Notes: generated by a model from the sequence alone, not told the origin. Positions 1 through 8,780 are shown, counted from the stretch's first letter. The stretch is 64,000 bases of DNA from Alistipes sp. (GCA_020026335.1 JAHHQO010000009.1:35286-99285), one strand, 5' to 3'. Translations and numbers: made by a program.

Positions 1-1622
1 TTAAGATGCTTCATAAATTTTCGATTTAAATAGACATATTGTTTTGCATACTCTAATAAATTGTTAAATTCCTGAGTCTTTGTTTGATCTTCCTGACTTT
101 CTGTCCTTAACTGCATAGCATAATTATCTGAAGCATCTTTTATTTCTTTATATACCATAGCCTCCATTTCACTATAACGATAAACCTTCTGCAGCATAGT
201 AATAAGTTCTTCTATCGTTATATTCTGCTCTTTTACAAATGGATTTCGACTCAACACCTCTTTTATTTCGAGCAAAGCCGTGATGTGTGCATCTTTTTTG
301 TCTTTGCCATATCTGATTATATCACGGTTTTCTTCTTGAGGTACAAACCCTGTAATAATGTTTTGTTTAACGGCTTTAAAAACCAATAAACGTCCAATTT
401 GAGATGTAGCATTTAATTTATCTTCGATAGATTTAATATCTTCAACAGTTTGAATTAATTGTGTAATATCACTTTTTAATTTAGCCAAACTCGCATTTAC
501 TCTATTAACGACCTCTTTATTATCCGGAAATAAACTTCGGATAATATCAATATCTTCAATATTATGTCCTTCATCATCTCCTACCACTTTCATAATATAA
601 TTTTGTCCGAGATAATGAGGATGTATTCCCGATGGATTAACAACATTTAAATTCTCAACACCAAAACCATTATAATGAGAATCCTCAAAACTAGTATGAG
701 ACAATTTACGCCAAACCGAATCAACTAATAGAGTTTTACCGCTCGAAGAGCCTCCAATAACAACATTTAACCCAGAACAAAATTTTACATCTATATCAAG
801 TTTATCATTGGAATATTTTACACAATCAATATTCTCAGACCAAGATTCAGGTTTCTGTATACAATATACCAAACGCGATTTCTCTGATAATGAAAGACGG
901 AAACCTTCAAATGTCGGCTGAGAAAACATCCAAGTTGGAATAAGAGATTCTGCATCTTTCGATTTTGCGTTTGGATAGCAACTAGGCACATAATTATCGG
1001 AACAAGTAACAAGATTCACAAACCCACTAATTCCAAGACGTTTAAAATAGTTATCAGTTTCTTCACGACCACTATCGCTTCTTGCAGTAAAACCATCAAA
1101 TTGATTATAATAAACGCTACGCTCCATCATTGTGTCGAACTTCTTCCCTGTTGGTATAGCTTTATCGAATGTTGCATGCGACTGCCCACCATGAGGGAGA
1201 AGAACAAAATCGTATGAATCAAACTCATTGATTATTTTGTCTAGAGTGGGAATGTTTTTGTCTTTCTTTTCAACAGTCTTTCGTATATATAGACTATTAA
1301 GAATATTATTTATTTCATCTATTTTTTGTTCAGAGATGTCATCCTTGAAAAATATATGGCAATGATAAGCTTCTGTATCTATCGAATAATGGACATGTAG
1401 TTCCACACCAAGCAATAAATGTATATCCGTCCCACACTTCGCTATAGCATCAAGATATGCTTTCCTATTTATTGTATTGTGATCTGTAAGAGAAATAAGT
1501 GCATGTTGTCCCTGTGCATGTTCCCTTACTTTTGAAAACAATGTATCTATATCATAATTCTGATTTAGACTATCAGGATTCTCAGATGTATGAATATGTA
1601 CATCTAAATAAACTGGCTCCAT
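1..1622 (-). CDS. PHP-domain / P-loop (ABC-SMC-like) ATPase fusion, partial (C-terminus beyond left edge); Ppl(PplA)-like candidate anti-phage defence protein
   Basis: Not in the supplied ORF track because it runs off the edge. Hand translation of the minus strand from ATG 1622-1620 gives 540 sense codons with no stop down to nt 3; the upstream in-frame stop is at 1671-1673. N-terminal motifs MEPVYLDVHIHTSENPD, LTDHN and LPHGGQSH are PHP-type metal ligands. Walker A GGSSSGKT is at aa 290-297 (nt 732-755). A K/E/I/L-rich coiled-coil-like stretch follows (aa ~380-540). Confidence 0.75.
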   Translation of the reverse strand, partial: MEPVYLDVHIHTSENPDSLNQNYDIDTLFSKVREHAQGQHALISLTDHNTINRKAYLDAIAKCGTDIHLLLGVELHVHYSIDTEAYHCHIFFKDDISEQKIDEINNILNSLYIRKTVEKKDKNIPTLDKIINEFDSYDFVLLPHGGQSHATFDKAIPTGKKFDTMMERSVYYNQFDGFTARSDSGREETDNYFKRLGISGFVNLVTCSDNYVPSCYPNAKSKDAESLIPTWMFSQPTFEGFRLSLSEKSRLVYCIQKPESWSENIDCVKYSNDKLDIDVKFCSGLNVVIGGSSSGKTLLVDSVWRKLSHTSFEDSHYNGFGVENLNVVNPSGIHPHYLGQNYIMKVVGDDEGHNIEDIDIIRSLFPDNKEVVNRVNASLAKLKSDITQLIQTVEDIKSIEDKLNATSQIGRLLVFKAVKQNIITGFVPQEENRDIIRYGKDKKDAHITALLEIKEVLSRNPFVKEQNITIEELITMLQKVYRYSEMEAMVYKEIKDASDNYAMQLRTESQEDQTKTQEFNNLLEYAKQYVYLNRKFMKHL

Positions 1623-1722
1623 ATTATTGATTATTTCGTTACTTTTGAGTATAAAGATAGTGAAATAAGCCTATTTACGAATATAATTCACTATATATTG
1701 CGTAATATAATTGCATCTAAAA

Positions 1723-1944
1723 ATAAAATTAAATAGAATAAAGGTAGTTTTGTCGGAGAAAGGTATTTAACAGACTTGATTAGCGAAAAGACTGGATAAG
1801 AGTTTCAGTATGGTCAATGCGTATGCTTACAACAGGAACTAGCCTAACTTGAAGACTTTACAGCAAATTGCAGAAATTCTTTAGGTTGACCTGAAAGATT
1901 TGATAACAGATAAAACGAACGATAGAAGTAATGGTGATGGATAA
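1723..1944 (+). pseudogene. XRE-family HTH regulator relic (start codon lost, four in-frame stops, no frameshift)
   Basis: The frame reads (ATA)KLNRIKVVLSEKGI*QT*LAKRLDKSFSMVNAYAYNRN*PNLKTLQQIAEIL*VDLKDLITDKTNDRSNGDG*. This is a full-length small Bacteroidota HTH_3 protein of the 'NRIKVVL..MVNAY..NR.QP' type. Stops are at 1768 TAA, 1777 TGA, 1840 TAG and 1882 TAG. Confidence 0.7.
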
Positions 1945-2430
1945 AATGAAGTACGTAAATAATTCTTTTGTCGCTGATATCGCTGGACGCATTGAACGAT
2001 TAATCACCAATGCACGAACCAATGTTGTGCGAGCAGTCAACTTCACCGAAGTCATTACTAAATATGAAATAGGACATATCATTGTAAATGTCGTACAAGA
2101 AGGTGAAGAACGCGCAGCATATGGTAAACTGTTATTAAAAGGAGTATCTGAGATATTGACAGAACGATTAGGTAGTGGTTGGTCTGTAGATACTTTGAAG
2201 AAATGCTGAACTTTCTACCTCACCTATTCAAAATCCGCAACATCGTCGCGGAATTTAGCGAAGATATACCCTTTTACACTTTCATGGTCGCATTATCTAG
2301 TGCTAATGCGCATTGGATCTAACGAAGAGCACCGCTTCTATGAGATTGAGTGTCAGAAACAGAATTGGAATGGAAGGAATCTAAAGACAGTGAACCTAAA
2401 TGACAATATATTGACATGTTATTGTCAACG
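1931..2430 (+). pseudogene. YhcG/DUF1016 PD-(D/E)XK nuclease relic (in-frame TGA, C-terminal nuclease half missing)
   Basis: Track ORFs 1931-2209 and 2300-2485 share one frame, split by TGA 2207-2209. The sequence ..GWSVDTLKKC*TFYLTY..FTLSWSHYLVLMRIGSNEEHRFYEIECQKQNWNGRNLK matches the DUF1016 N-terminal region (NL..MR.FY, LSWSHY, FYE...NWS.R.L). Similarity fades at about nt 2390-2430. Confidence 0.65.
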
Positions 2431-2682
2431 AACCATGAATAAGAATAAACTCTTTCTCTTGATTCGTGAACCTGTATATTCATGAGCGAACTCTACCAAA
2501 CTGTTTGCGTCTATTAGTGAAACACATTTCAACTCAATTCAGAAGGATGAAACATCCTGAGCAAAAACTCTTTTTTATACTATTCCAGAGGATTTTCAAA
2601 CATGTTGTATTTTGCACAAACAAATCCAACATACCCCCTTCTGAAAGCACCAGAGAGGCACATACAAGACTACTTAAAACCA

Positions 2683-2729
2683 CAAAAAATCAGCGGGACA
2701 AACAAATAAACGTTGTCTGTCCCGCTGAT
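2683..2729 (-). terminator. rho-independent terminator of the DUF2795 gene
   Basis: Hairpin ATCAGCGGGACA..TGTCCCGCTGAT (12 bp, then one mismatch, then 4 bp) at 2689-2729. The plus-strand A-run 2684-2689 gives a T-run on the minus strand. Confidence 0.8.
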
Positions 2730-2758
2730 ACTTAATAACTTATCCTATTATTAGGCCA

Positions 2759-2980
2759 TTAATATTCTTCTTCATTGAAGAAGAAATCGTCTTTGGAAGG
2801 ATAGTCGGGCCAAATGTCCTCGATAGATTCGTAGATCTCACCTTCATCCTCAATTTCCTGCAAATTCTCGAGCACTTCGAGAGGTGCACCCGAACGAACA
2901 GCATAGTCAATAAGTTCGTCCTTTGAAGCAGGCCATGGTGCATCTTCAAGTTTCGATGCTAATTCAAGCGTCCAGTACAT
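2759..2980 (-). CDS. DUF2795 domain-containing protein
   Basis: 73 aa. WPASKDELIDYAVRSGAPLEVLENLQEI is typical of DUF2795. Confidence 0.8.
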   Translation of the reverse strand: MYWTLELASKLEDAPWPASKDELIDYAVRSGAPLEVLENLQEIEDEGEIYESIEDIWPDYPSKDDFFFNEEEY

Positions 2981-3139
2981 AGCTGTAATATAGGTTTAAA
3001 GTTGTTATTTTCAGTGTATTAAACTCGGTTGGGAGCTTAAATCACTCCTAAACGGACTGCAAAAATAAAAAGAATTATTAAATAAACAACTTTATTTCTA
3101 TAAAAAACGTATTGTAGAACAATTTTACGGCAATATACA

Positions 3140-3691
3140 TTAAGGTATCCAGAGCGTCTCCTCCACATGATAGTGGGCGGTGAGCTTGCGACTCAACACA
3201 TAGAGATAGTCCGAAAGACGATTAATCCACGCCATGGTATTACCGTCCACGGGGTGCTCGTCTTCGATACGAAGGGCGGCACGCTCGGCGCGGCGACATA
3301 CCGTACGACAGAGGTTGCAGTACGACACGCGAACATCTCCTCCCGGAATAGTGAACTTGTCGATGGTGGGGAGCTGAGCCTGCATGGCGTCAATCTTCTC
3401 CTCCAGCCATTTGACCGAAGCCGCATCCATGGGCTGGATTTTCTCCGAACCGCGCTCTCCACATGCCAAAATCGCCTGTACGTTCATCAGTCGCGATGCT
3501 ATGGTGTTCAACTCCTCGACACACTCTTTGAGGGTGTCGTCACCGCGCAGATAGTCGGTCAGCAGCGCAATGTGTGCCGACAATTCGTCTACCGTCCCAT
3601 AGGCTTCCACGCGCAAATCGGTCTTGAAAACACGTTCGCCACCGATGAGCGAGGTCATGCCTTTATCGCCTCCCTTGGTGTAGATTTTCAT
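3140..3691 (-). CDS. ATP:cob(I)alamin adenosyltransferase, PduO type
   Basis: MKIYTKGGDKGMTSL..EAYGTVDELSAHIALL is the PduO-type signature. A 4-nt overlap with the upstream gene suggests an operon. Confidence 0.9.
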   Translation of the reverse strand: MKIYTKGGDKGMTSLIGGERVFKTDLRVEAYGTVDELSAHIALLTDYLRGDDTLKECVEELNTIASRLMNVQAILACGERGSEKIQPMDAASVKWLEEKIDAMQAQLPTIDKFTIPGGDVRVSYCNLCRTVCRRAERAALRIEDEHPVDGNTMAWINRLSDYLYVLSRKLTAHYHVEETLWIP

Positions 3692-4200
3692 ATCTTGAAA
3701 TGTTGTTTGGGCAGATGATTGTTAAATATCAACAAGTATCCTCTGTTATCCACCGTCGTGCAGGTGTGCTCGCAGACAATCTGTCTGCACATCTGCTCGC
3801 GCTCGTTGTCCTGTGCCGGGTCCATGATGACCAGCGTCTTCTTCTCGTTGCGCGCCAGATTCACCTTTTCGAGGGTCTCCGCCGTGGAGAGTCGTCGGGT
3901 CAGCACACACATCTCGGCATTGCAGTCGTCGATGTCGAAGGTGGTGTAGCCGTTGTGGAGTGCCAGATTTTGCAGCTGTATGGCTCTTTTCTGATGCACA
4001 CCGCTTCGCAATAACTCCTCATAGAGACGGTGTTCGCCTTCCATGAGGGTCGAACGCATGAATACCTCCCTGACTATGGCATAGACAAAGGGGGAGTGTA
4101 CGCCGTGCCCTCTGAAATAGCGGGCTCGCGAGAGTCGGTCACCGAGGTGCGAGACTTTGTTTTTGAGTTCGTCCTTGATATGTATATTCGAAAAATCCAT
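3688..4200 (-). CDS. conserved hypothetical protein (methyltransferase-like N-terminal 'GVHSPFVY' motif)
   Basis: 170-aa ORF, translationally coupled between the oxidoreductase and the PduO-type gene. Function not recognisable. Confidence 0.6.
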   Translation of the reverse strand: MDFSNIHIKDELKNKVSHLGDRLSRARYFRGHGVHSPFVYAIVREVFMRSTLMEGEHRLYEELLRSGVHQKRAIQLQNLALHNGYTTFDIDDCNAEMCVLTRRLSTAETLEKVNLARNEKKTLVIMDPAQDNEREQMCRQIVCEHTCTTVDNRGYLLIFNNHLPKQHFKI

Positions 4201-4202
4201 TT

Positions 4203-5489
4203 TTACTTCTTCAACAAACCTGCCAAACGTCCGGTCGAGAAGGCAATTTGAAGATTGTATCCGCCGGTGTTGGCATCCAAATCCAATACCTCACCTGCAA
4301 AATAGAGACCTTTCACCTTGAGAGACTCCATGGTGTAGGGATTCACTTCGTTACAATTGACACCGCCGGCTGTGGTCACGGCATACTCGAAGGGTGCGTA
4401 ATCCACGATGGGGAAGGTCAGACCCTTCAGCGTGCGAATCAGTCGGGTGATTTCCGCCTCGGTTAGCTTCGAGATGTAGTTCTTCGAGTGGATGTCCAAC
4501 TCCTGAGCCAGAGGCATGACCAGAGGTTTCGGGACGAGCTTGCGCAGCAACTCGCCGAAGAACTCCGTCGGCTCCATCTCCGCCATTTCGCGGGCGATAC
4601 GGTCGCGGAGAATCTCCTCCGTGAGGGCGGGTTTGAGGTCGATGACCAGCTTTACCTTCTTGCCATCAATGAGTGCATCGACAGCATCACGACTCACACG
4701 CAGTGCCACGGCACCTTCGATACCGCGGTTCGAAAAGCCGATTTCACCGAACTCCTCTCTTACCGGCTCATTGTCGATATAGAGGGTGGCGCGGATGTTT
4801 CTCAACAGCAGACGCTCGAGATATTTCATCTGGGGATGTGAGGTCACCAGCGGAGTGAGCGAGGGACGCAGGGGTTCGATGGTGTGGCCCAGGTCGGCGG
4901 CAAAGGCATAGCCGTCACCTGTCGAACCCGTACCGGGGTACGACACACCGCCTGTGGCGAGGATAATCTGCGAGCACTCCTCCTTGCGCACGAATCCGCG
5001 CTTGTTGATGTAGTGGAGTCCGAAGATTTTGTCGCCGAGGGTCATGATGTCCTTTACGCGCGTATTATATAGTATCTTCACGCCGTTCTCCACGCAGTAG
5101 TCCAACAGGGCGTTGGCGATGTCCCACGCCTTGCCGCTCTTGGGGAATACGCGGTCACCGCGCTCGATGTCGAGTTTTACACCGCGACGCTCGAAGAAAC
5201 GGATGGTCGCCTTGTTGTTGAACTCGGCAAAGGCCTGCTTGAAAAAGTCGGCATTGGTTCTCACCTGTGATGCAAACTCCTCGGCAGGGCGGGCGTTGGT
5301 GACATTGCATCGACCCTTACCGGTGATGCGCACCTTGCGACCCGATTTCTCCATCTTTTCGAGCAGCAAAACCTTCTTTCCGCTCTGTGCGGCAGTACCG
5401 GCCGCCATCATGCCGGCAGCACCGGCTCCTATCACTATGACATCGTAAGCTACGGGCTCGACGATATCTTTTTCTTCTATTTGTTCCAT
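4203..5489 (-). CDS. NAD(P)/FAD-dependent oxidoreductase, HI0933/YhiN (BaiN-like) family
   Basis: YDVIVIGAGAAGMMAAG dinucleotide fold, GKGRCNVTN, and a C-terminal GGYNLQ.AF.TG motif. Confidence 0.88.
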   Translation of the reverse strand: MEQIEEKDIVEPVAYDVIVIGAGAAGMMAAGTAAQSGKKVLLLEKMEKSGRKVRITGKGRCNVTNARPAEEFASQVRTNADFFKQAFAEFNNKATIRFFERRGVKLDIERGDRVFPKSGKAWDIANALLDYCVENGVKILYNTRVKDIMTLGDKIFGLHYINKRGFVRKEECSQIILATGGVSYPGTGSTGDGYAFAADLGHTIEPLRPSLTPLVTSHPQMKYLERLLLRNIRATLYIDNEPVREEFGEIGFSNRGIEGAVALRVSRDAVDALIDGKKVKLVIDLKPALTEEILRDRIAREMAEMEPTEFFGELLRKLVPKPLVMPLAQELDIHSKNYISKLTEAEITRLIRTLKGLTFPIVDYAPFEYAVTTAGGVNCNEVNPYTMESLKVKGLYFAGEVLDLDANTGGYNLQIAFSTGRLAGLLKK

Positions 5490-5496
5490 ATGGGTG

Positions 5497-5504
5497 CAAA
5501 GATA
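5497..5504 (-). promoter_or_regulatory. Bacteroides-type -7 box (TATCTTTG on minus strand) for the 5489-3140 operon
   Basis: Plus-strand CAAAGATA. Only 7 nt separate the box from ATG 5489, so the mRNA would be near-leaderless. Confidence 0.4.
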
Positions 5505-5536
5505 GCTAAATATTTATTCTTTATAGAAATTTTTTC

Positions 5537-5544
5537 TATCTTTG
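5537..5544 (+). promoter_or_regulatory. -7 box TATCTTTG upstream of nusB
   Basis: Exact TAnnTTTG, 25 nt before ATG 5570. Confidence 0.5.
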
Positions 5545-5569
5545 CGACCGATAAAACGTTCTAAAAAAT

Positions 5570-6505
5570 ATGTTGAGCAGAAGATTACTTCGTACAAAGG
5601 TTATTAAGGCACTTTTTTCGCACATCAAGTCGGGTGCCGATAACATGATGGCATCGGAAAAGAACCTTATGGCATCGGTAGATAAGGCGTATGACCTCTA
5701 TTTCCAAATTTTAATCCTTCCCGTGGAGATTGTTAACTACGCCGTGCAGCGTCAGGAGCTGGCAAAAGCGAAGATACTGCCCACATTCGAGGATTTGAAC
5801 CCCAACACAAAATTTGTAGAAAACTCCGTGATTCGTGTCATTGCCAACAGTGACTCGGTCAACGACTATGTGGCAGCACGCAAGCTGGGCTGGGAGCAGC
5901 AGTCGGACTTCATCCGTGCGCTCTATACCCGTATGTGTGACAGCCAGTATTATAAGGATTACATGGCGCGTCAGGAGCGTTCGTTCGAGGACGACCGTCA
6001 CCTGCTGGAGGAGTTCTTCAAGGATATCCAGGACTTCGAGTTGCTGGACGAGGTGCTCGAGGAGATGTCTATCCTTTGGAACGACGATTTGTCGTATGCC
6101 GTGATGATGATTCTGCGCACCCTCTCGTCGCTGCGTCCCTCGCACACCGAGTTGAAGGTGATGTCGAAGTACAAGAGCCAGGAGGACCCCGAGTTTGTGA
6201 AGACCCTCTTCGAGAAGGCACTCGTGTCGTACAACGACAATCAGGAGTATATCGAGAAGTTCACATCGAACTGGGACGTAGAACGTATTGTCTTCATGGA
6301 TAACCTCATCATCGGCACCGCTATGGCAGAGTTGATTTCCTTCCCCTCGATTCCCGTGAAGGTAACCCTCGACGAGTGGATTGAGATTTCGAAGTATTAT
6401 TCGACTCCCGGAAGTAGCAACTTCATCAACGGCGTGCTCGACAAGATGGTGGATGCTCTGACCAAGGAGGGCCGCATCAAAAAGGCAGGTCGCGGTCTGA
6501 TTTAA
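5570..6505 (+). CDS. nusB: transcription antitermination factor NusB (long Bacteroidota form)
   Basis: LLR.KV..ALF at the N-terminus, C-terminal YSTPGSSNFINGVLDK, and nusB-DUF1573-yajC synteny. Confidence 0.9.
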   Translation: MLSRRLLRTKVIKALFSHIKSGADNMMASEKNLMASVDKAYDLYFQILILPVEIVNYAVQRQELAKAKILPTFEDLNPNTKFVENSVIRVIANSDSVNDYVAARKLGWEQQSDFIRALYTRMCDSQYYKDYMARQERSFEDDRHLLEEFFKDIQDFELLDEVLEEMSILWNDDLSYAVMMILRTLSSLRPSHTELKVMSKYKSQEDPEFVKTLFEKALVSYNDNQEYIEKFTSNWDVERIVFMDNLIIGTAMAELISFPSIPVKVTLDEWIEISKYYSTPGSSNFINGVLDKMVDALTKEGRIKKAGRGLI

Positions 6506-6517
6506 TTTCGCGTGACG

Positions 6518-6940
6518 ATGTGGCGGACAGGTGTGGCAGTGGCATTGGTGTTGCTGTCGGTGGCGTGCGGTGGCGGTAGAAAGACGACCCGCAACGGTGC
6601 GCATGGCGGTCGGGTGATTGCGCTGACGGACTCTGCGCTGATGACGGGTGTGATTGACACCCTGGGTTTTGGCAATATGTCGTCGGGCGAGATGGCTGTC
6701 AAGGAGGTGTGGTTGGAGAACCGCACTTCGCGTCCGTTGGTCATCTCGCAGTTGAAACGCAACTGCGGATGTGTGACGATGGACTACGAGACCCGTCCGT
6801 TCCTTCGGGGCGAACAACTCAAATTGCAGGTGACCTTCGACTCGCGTGGCGAGTGGGGTTGGCAATTGAAAGTGGCGGATGTCTATTTTGCAGGCTTTGA
6901 CAAGGCTTTGCGCCTCTATGTCGATGCAGATATCCGCTAA
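6518..6940 (+). CDS. DUF1573 domain-containing lipoprotein
   Basis: Signal peptide with LLSVAC lipobox. NCGCV motif. Conserved position between nusB and yajC. I prefer ATG 6518 over GTG 6512. Confidence 0.8.
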   Translation: MWRTGVAVALVLLSVACGGGRKTTRNGAHGGRVIALTDSALMTGVIDTLGFGNMSSGEMAVKEVWLENRTSRPLVISQLKRNCGCVTMDYETRPFLRGEQLKLQVTFDSRGEWGWQLKVADVYFAGFDKALRLYVDADIR

Positions 6941-6965
6941 AGGTTGCAGAATAATTTAAATTTAT

Positions 6966-6973
6966 TATCTTTG
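6966..6973 (+). promoter_or_regulatory. -7 box TATCTTTG upstream of yajC
   Basis: Exact TAnnTTTG, 33 nt before ATG 7007. Confidence 0.45.
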
Positions 6974-7006
6974 TAACCAAAATTAAATCCTAAAACAAAA
7001 AAGACT

Positions 7007-7330
7007 ATGTTTAATTTACTTCAAGCAGCAGATAGTGTTCCCGTAAATCCGGGTGAGCCTCAGGCAAACTACAGCTTTTTCATCATGATTGCACTCATGG
7101 TTTTGGTTTTGTGGTTGTTCATCTGGCGACCCGAATCGAAGCGCCGTAAGGAGATGCAGCAGTTCCGCGAGGGATTGAAGAAGGGTGACAAGATTATCAC
7201 CGCAGGTGGTATCTATGGTGTCGTAAAGGAGATTAAGGAGAAGACCCTCCTTATCGAGGTTGACGGCAATATCACTCTCCGTATCGACAAGAACATGGTG
7301 GTTGCCGACACTTCTGACCTTCAGAAATAA
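7007..7330 (+). CDS. yajC: preprotein translocase subunit YajC
   Basis: One transmembrane segment, then RPE.KRRKE...L.KGD.I.T.GGI.G.V. Confidence 0.92.
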   Translation: MFNLLQAADSVPVNPGEPQANYSFFIMIALMVLVLWLFIWRPESKRRKEMQQFREGLKKGDKIITAGGIYGVVKEIKEKTLLIEVDGNITLRIDKNMVVADTSDLQK

Positions 7331-7450
7331 AACGCTTTCTGACAGATGGGGCAATATGGCCCTGCACTGTTGAGTGAGATAGAGATAGTTTCTGTATTTT
7401 CGTAACACAGAAGCTATCTTTTTTATGGTACCTGACACCCATTGCCCGAT

Positions 7451-8515
7451 ATGAATATATGTTTTTTTGTTGCGGAATATGTCTCTCCGACAAGAGGAGG
7501 TGTCGAGAAGATGACCTGCGCTCTCTATGAGGCGTTGAGCCGTCAGGGACACGAGGTGTTTATTGTCTCCTACTTTCCTCCCAAAACGGAGGAGGAACGA
7601 AATGATGACCCTCATTTCATGGTATTGCCTTCCGATGATGTGCTGAGTGAGCAGAATTACAGCTTCTTGAAGGAGATACTGACAAAAAACGCCATTCAAA
7701 TTGTGGTGAACCAGACCCCCAATCGAGCGCTGCTGTCTCAGTTGTGGGCACTGAAGCAGGAAGTAGGGTATCAGGTGGTAACGGTGTGTCATACCGACCC
7801 CCAAGGTGAATTGAAGGGGTTGATCGACCGATACGACCACATTGCGTGGCAGACTGCCGATGTTGTACGGCGTACTGTTCGCCAACTCCTTTTCAGAGTG
7901 CAGTGGCCGGTGAAGAGTTTCTTGCGCCATCGCAAACTGCGCAAAATCTATCAATTCTTTGTCGGCCATTCCGACCGCTACGTTTTACTGTCCCCCTCCT
8001 ATGTCCAACTCGTGAAAAAAATGTTGGGGAGTAAGGTATACAGGGACAAGGTTTGTTGTATTCCCAACTTTTTGGAGGATGGTAATTTACCGGATGCGGA
8101 GACGCTGTCATGCAAGAAGAAACAGGTATTATTTGTCGGACGCATGGATTTTCAGAAGCGACTCGACCGTATGCTCCGTATTTGGAGTCGGGTAGAGTGC
8201 TCGGTGGAAGATTGGGAGTTGATTGTTGTGGGCGAGGGCGACTGCAAGGAGCAGATGGAGAGCTATGCCCGTCATCTGGGACTCTGCAATTGCCGTTTTG
8301 TCGGCAGGGTGCGCGCCACGGACTATATGCAGACTGCTTCGGCTGTTTGCCTGACCAGCTCCCACGAGGGTTTCGGCATGGTCCTGCTGGAAGCTTTGCG
8401 TCATGCCTGTGTGCCTTTTGCATTCGATAGTTTCGAGTCTGCACGCGATATAATTGAAAAGGACAGAAACGGAGTGCTGGTTCCTCCTTTCAGCGAGGAG
8501 GAGTATGCTGTGTAA
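7451..8515 (+). CDS. glycosyltransferase family 4 (GT-B); ends at a TAA after which the family-like C-terminus continues in frame to 8653
   Basis: N-terminal GGVEK, then SSHEGFGMVLLEA (E..G motif). The ATG is at 7451 (the track start 7442 is TTG). See the finding on the premature stop. Confidence 0.8.
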   Translation: MNICFFVAEYVSPTRGGVEKMTCALYEALSRQGHEVFIVSYFPPKTEEERNDDPHFMVLPSDDVLSEQNYSFLKEILTKNAIQIVVNQTPNRALLSQLWALKQEVGYQVVTVCHTDPQGELKGLIDRYDHIAWQTADVVRRTVRQLLFRVQWPVKSFLRHRKLRKIYQFFVGHSDRYVLLSPSYVQLVKKMLGSKVYRDKVCCIPNFLEDGNLPDAETLSCKKKQVLFVGRMDFQKRLDRMLRIWSRVECSVEDWELIVVGEGDCKEQMESYARHLGLCNCRFVGRVRATDYMQTASAVCLTSSHEGFGMVLLEALRHACVPFAFDSFESARDIIEKDRNGVLVPPFSEEEYAV

Positions 8516-8751
8516 CTGGTCAAATTCATGCAAGACGAAGCCCTGCAACAGCGAATGTTCCGCTACATTGTCGACCACCCTTCGGAGCGTTTTACGCAGA
8601 CCATTGTGGTGGAGCAGTGGCAGAGACTCTTCGGTGAACTGGCGAAGCTGTGATGTGCGGCAGAGAGTGTGGCATCAGGTGAAAACAGTGATTTATCCTT
8701 ATGAAATGATTAAGGATAATGGCCGTATTTTTTTTGTGAACGGCTTTTTAT

Positions 8752-8759
8752 TATCTTTG
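8752..8759 (+). promoter_or_regulatory. -7 box TATCTTTG upstream of obg
   Basis: Exact TAnnTTTG, 21 nt before ATG 8781. Confidence 0.5.
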
Positions 8760-8780
8760 CACCAAAATTAATACAGACTA

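Larger units (their letters stand above)
1..2680. other. AT-rich accessory island (partial; continues beyond left window edge)
   Basis: By eye this stretch is markedly more AT-rich and uses different codons than the core that starts at the DUF2795 terminator (2683-2729). It holds one intact defence-like gene plus two decayed genes. Confidence 0.6.

Noticed and set aside
1723-2209. Stop-codon reassignment (for example a recoded phage-like element) as the explanation for in-frame stops in the XRE and YhcG relics.
   Set aside because: All three stop codons (TAA, TGA, TAG) occur in-frame, so no single recoding explains them. The XRE start codon is also lost and YhcG is truncated. Pseudogenisation is the simpler reading.
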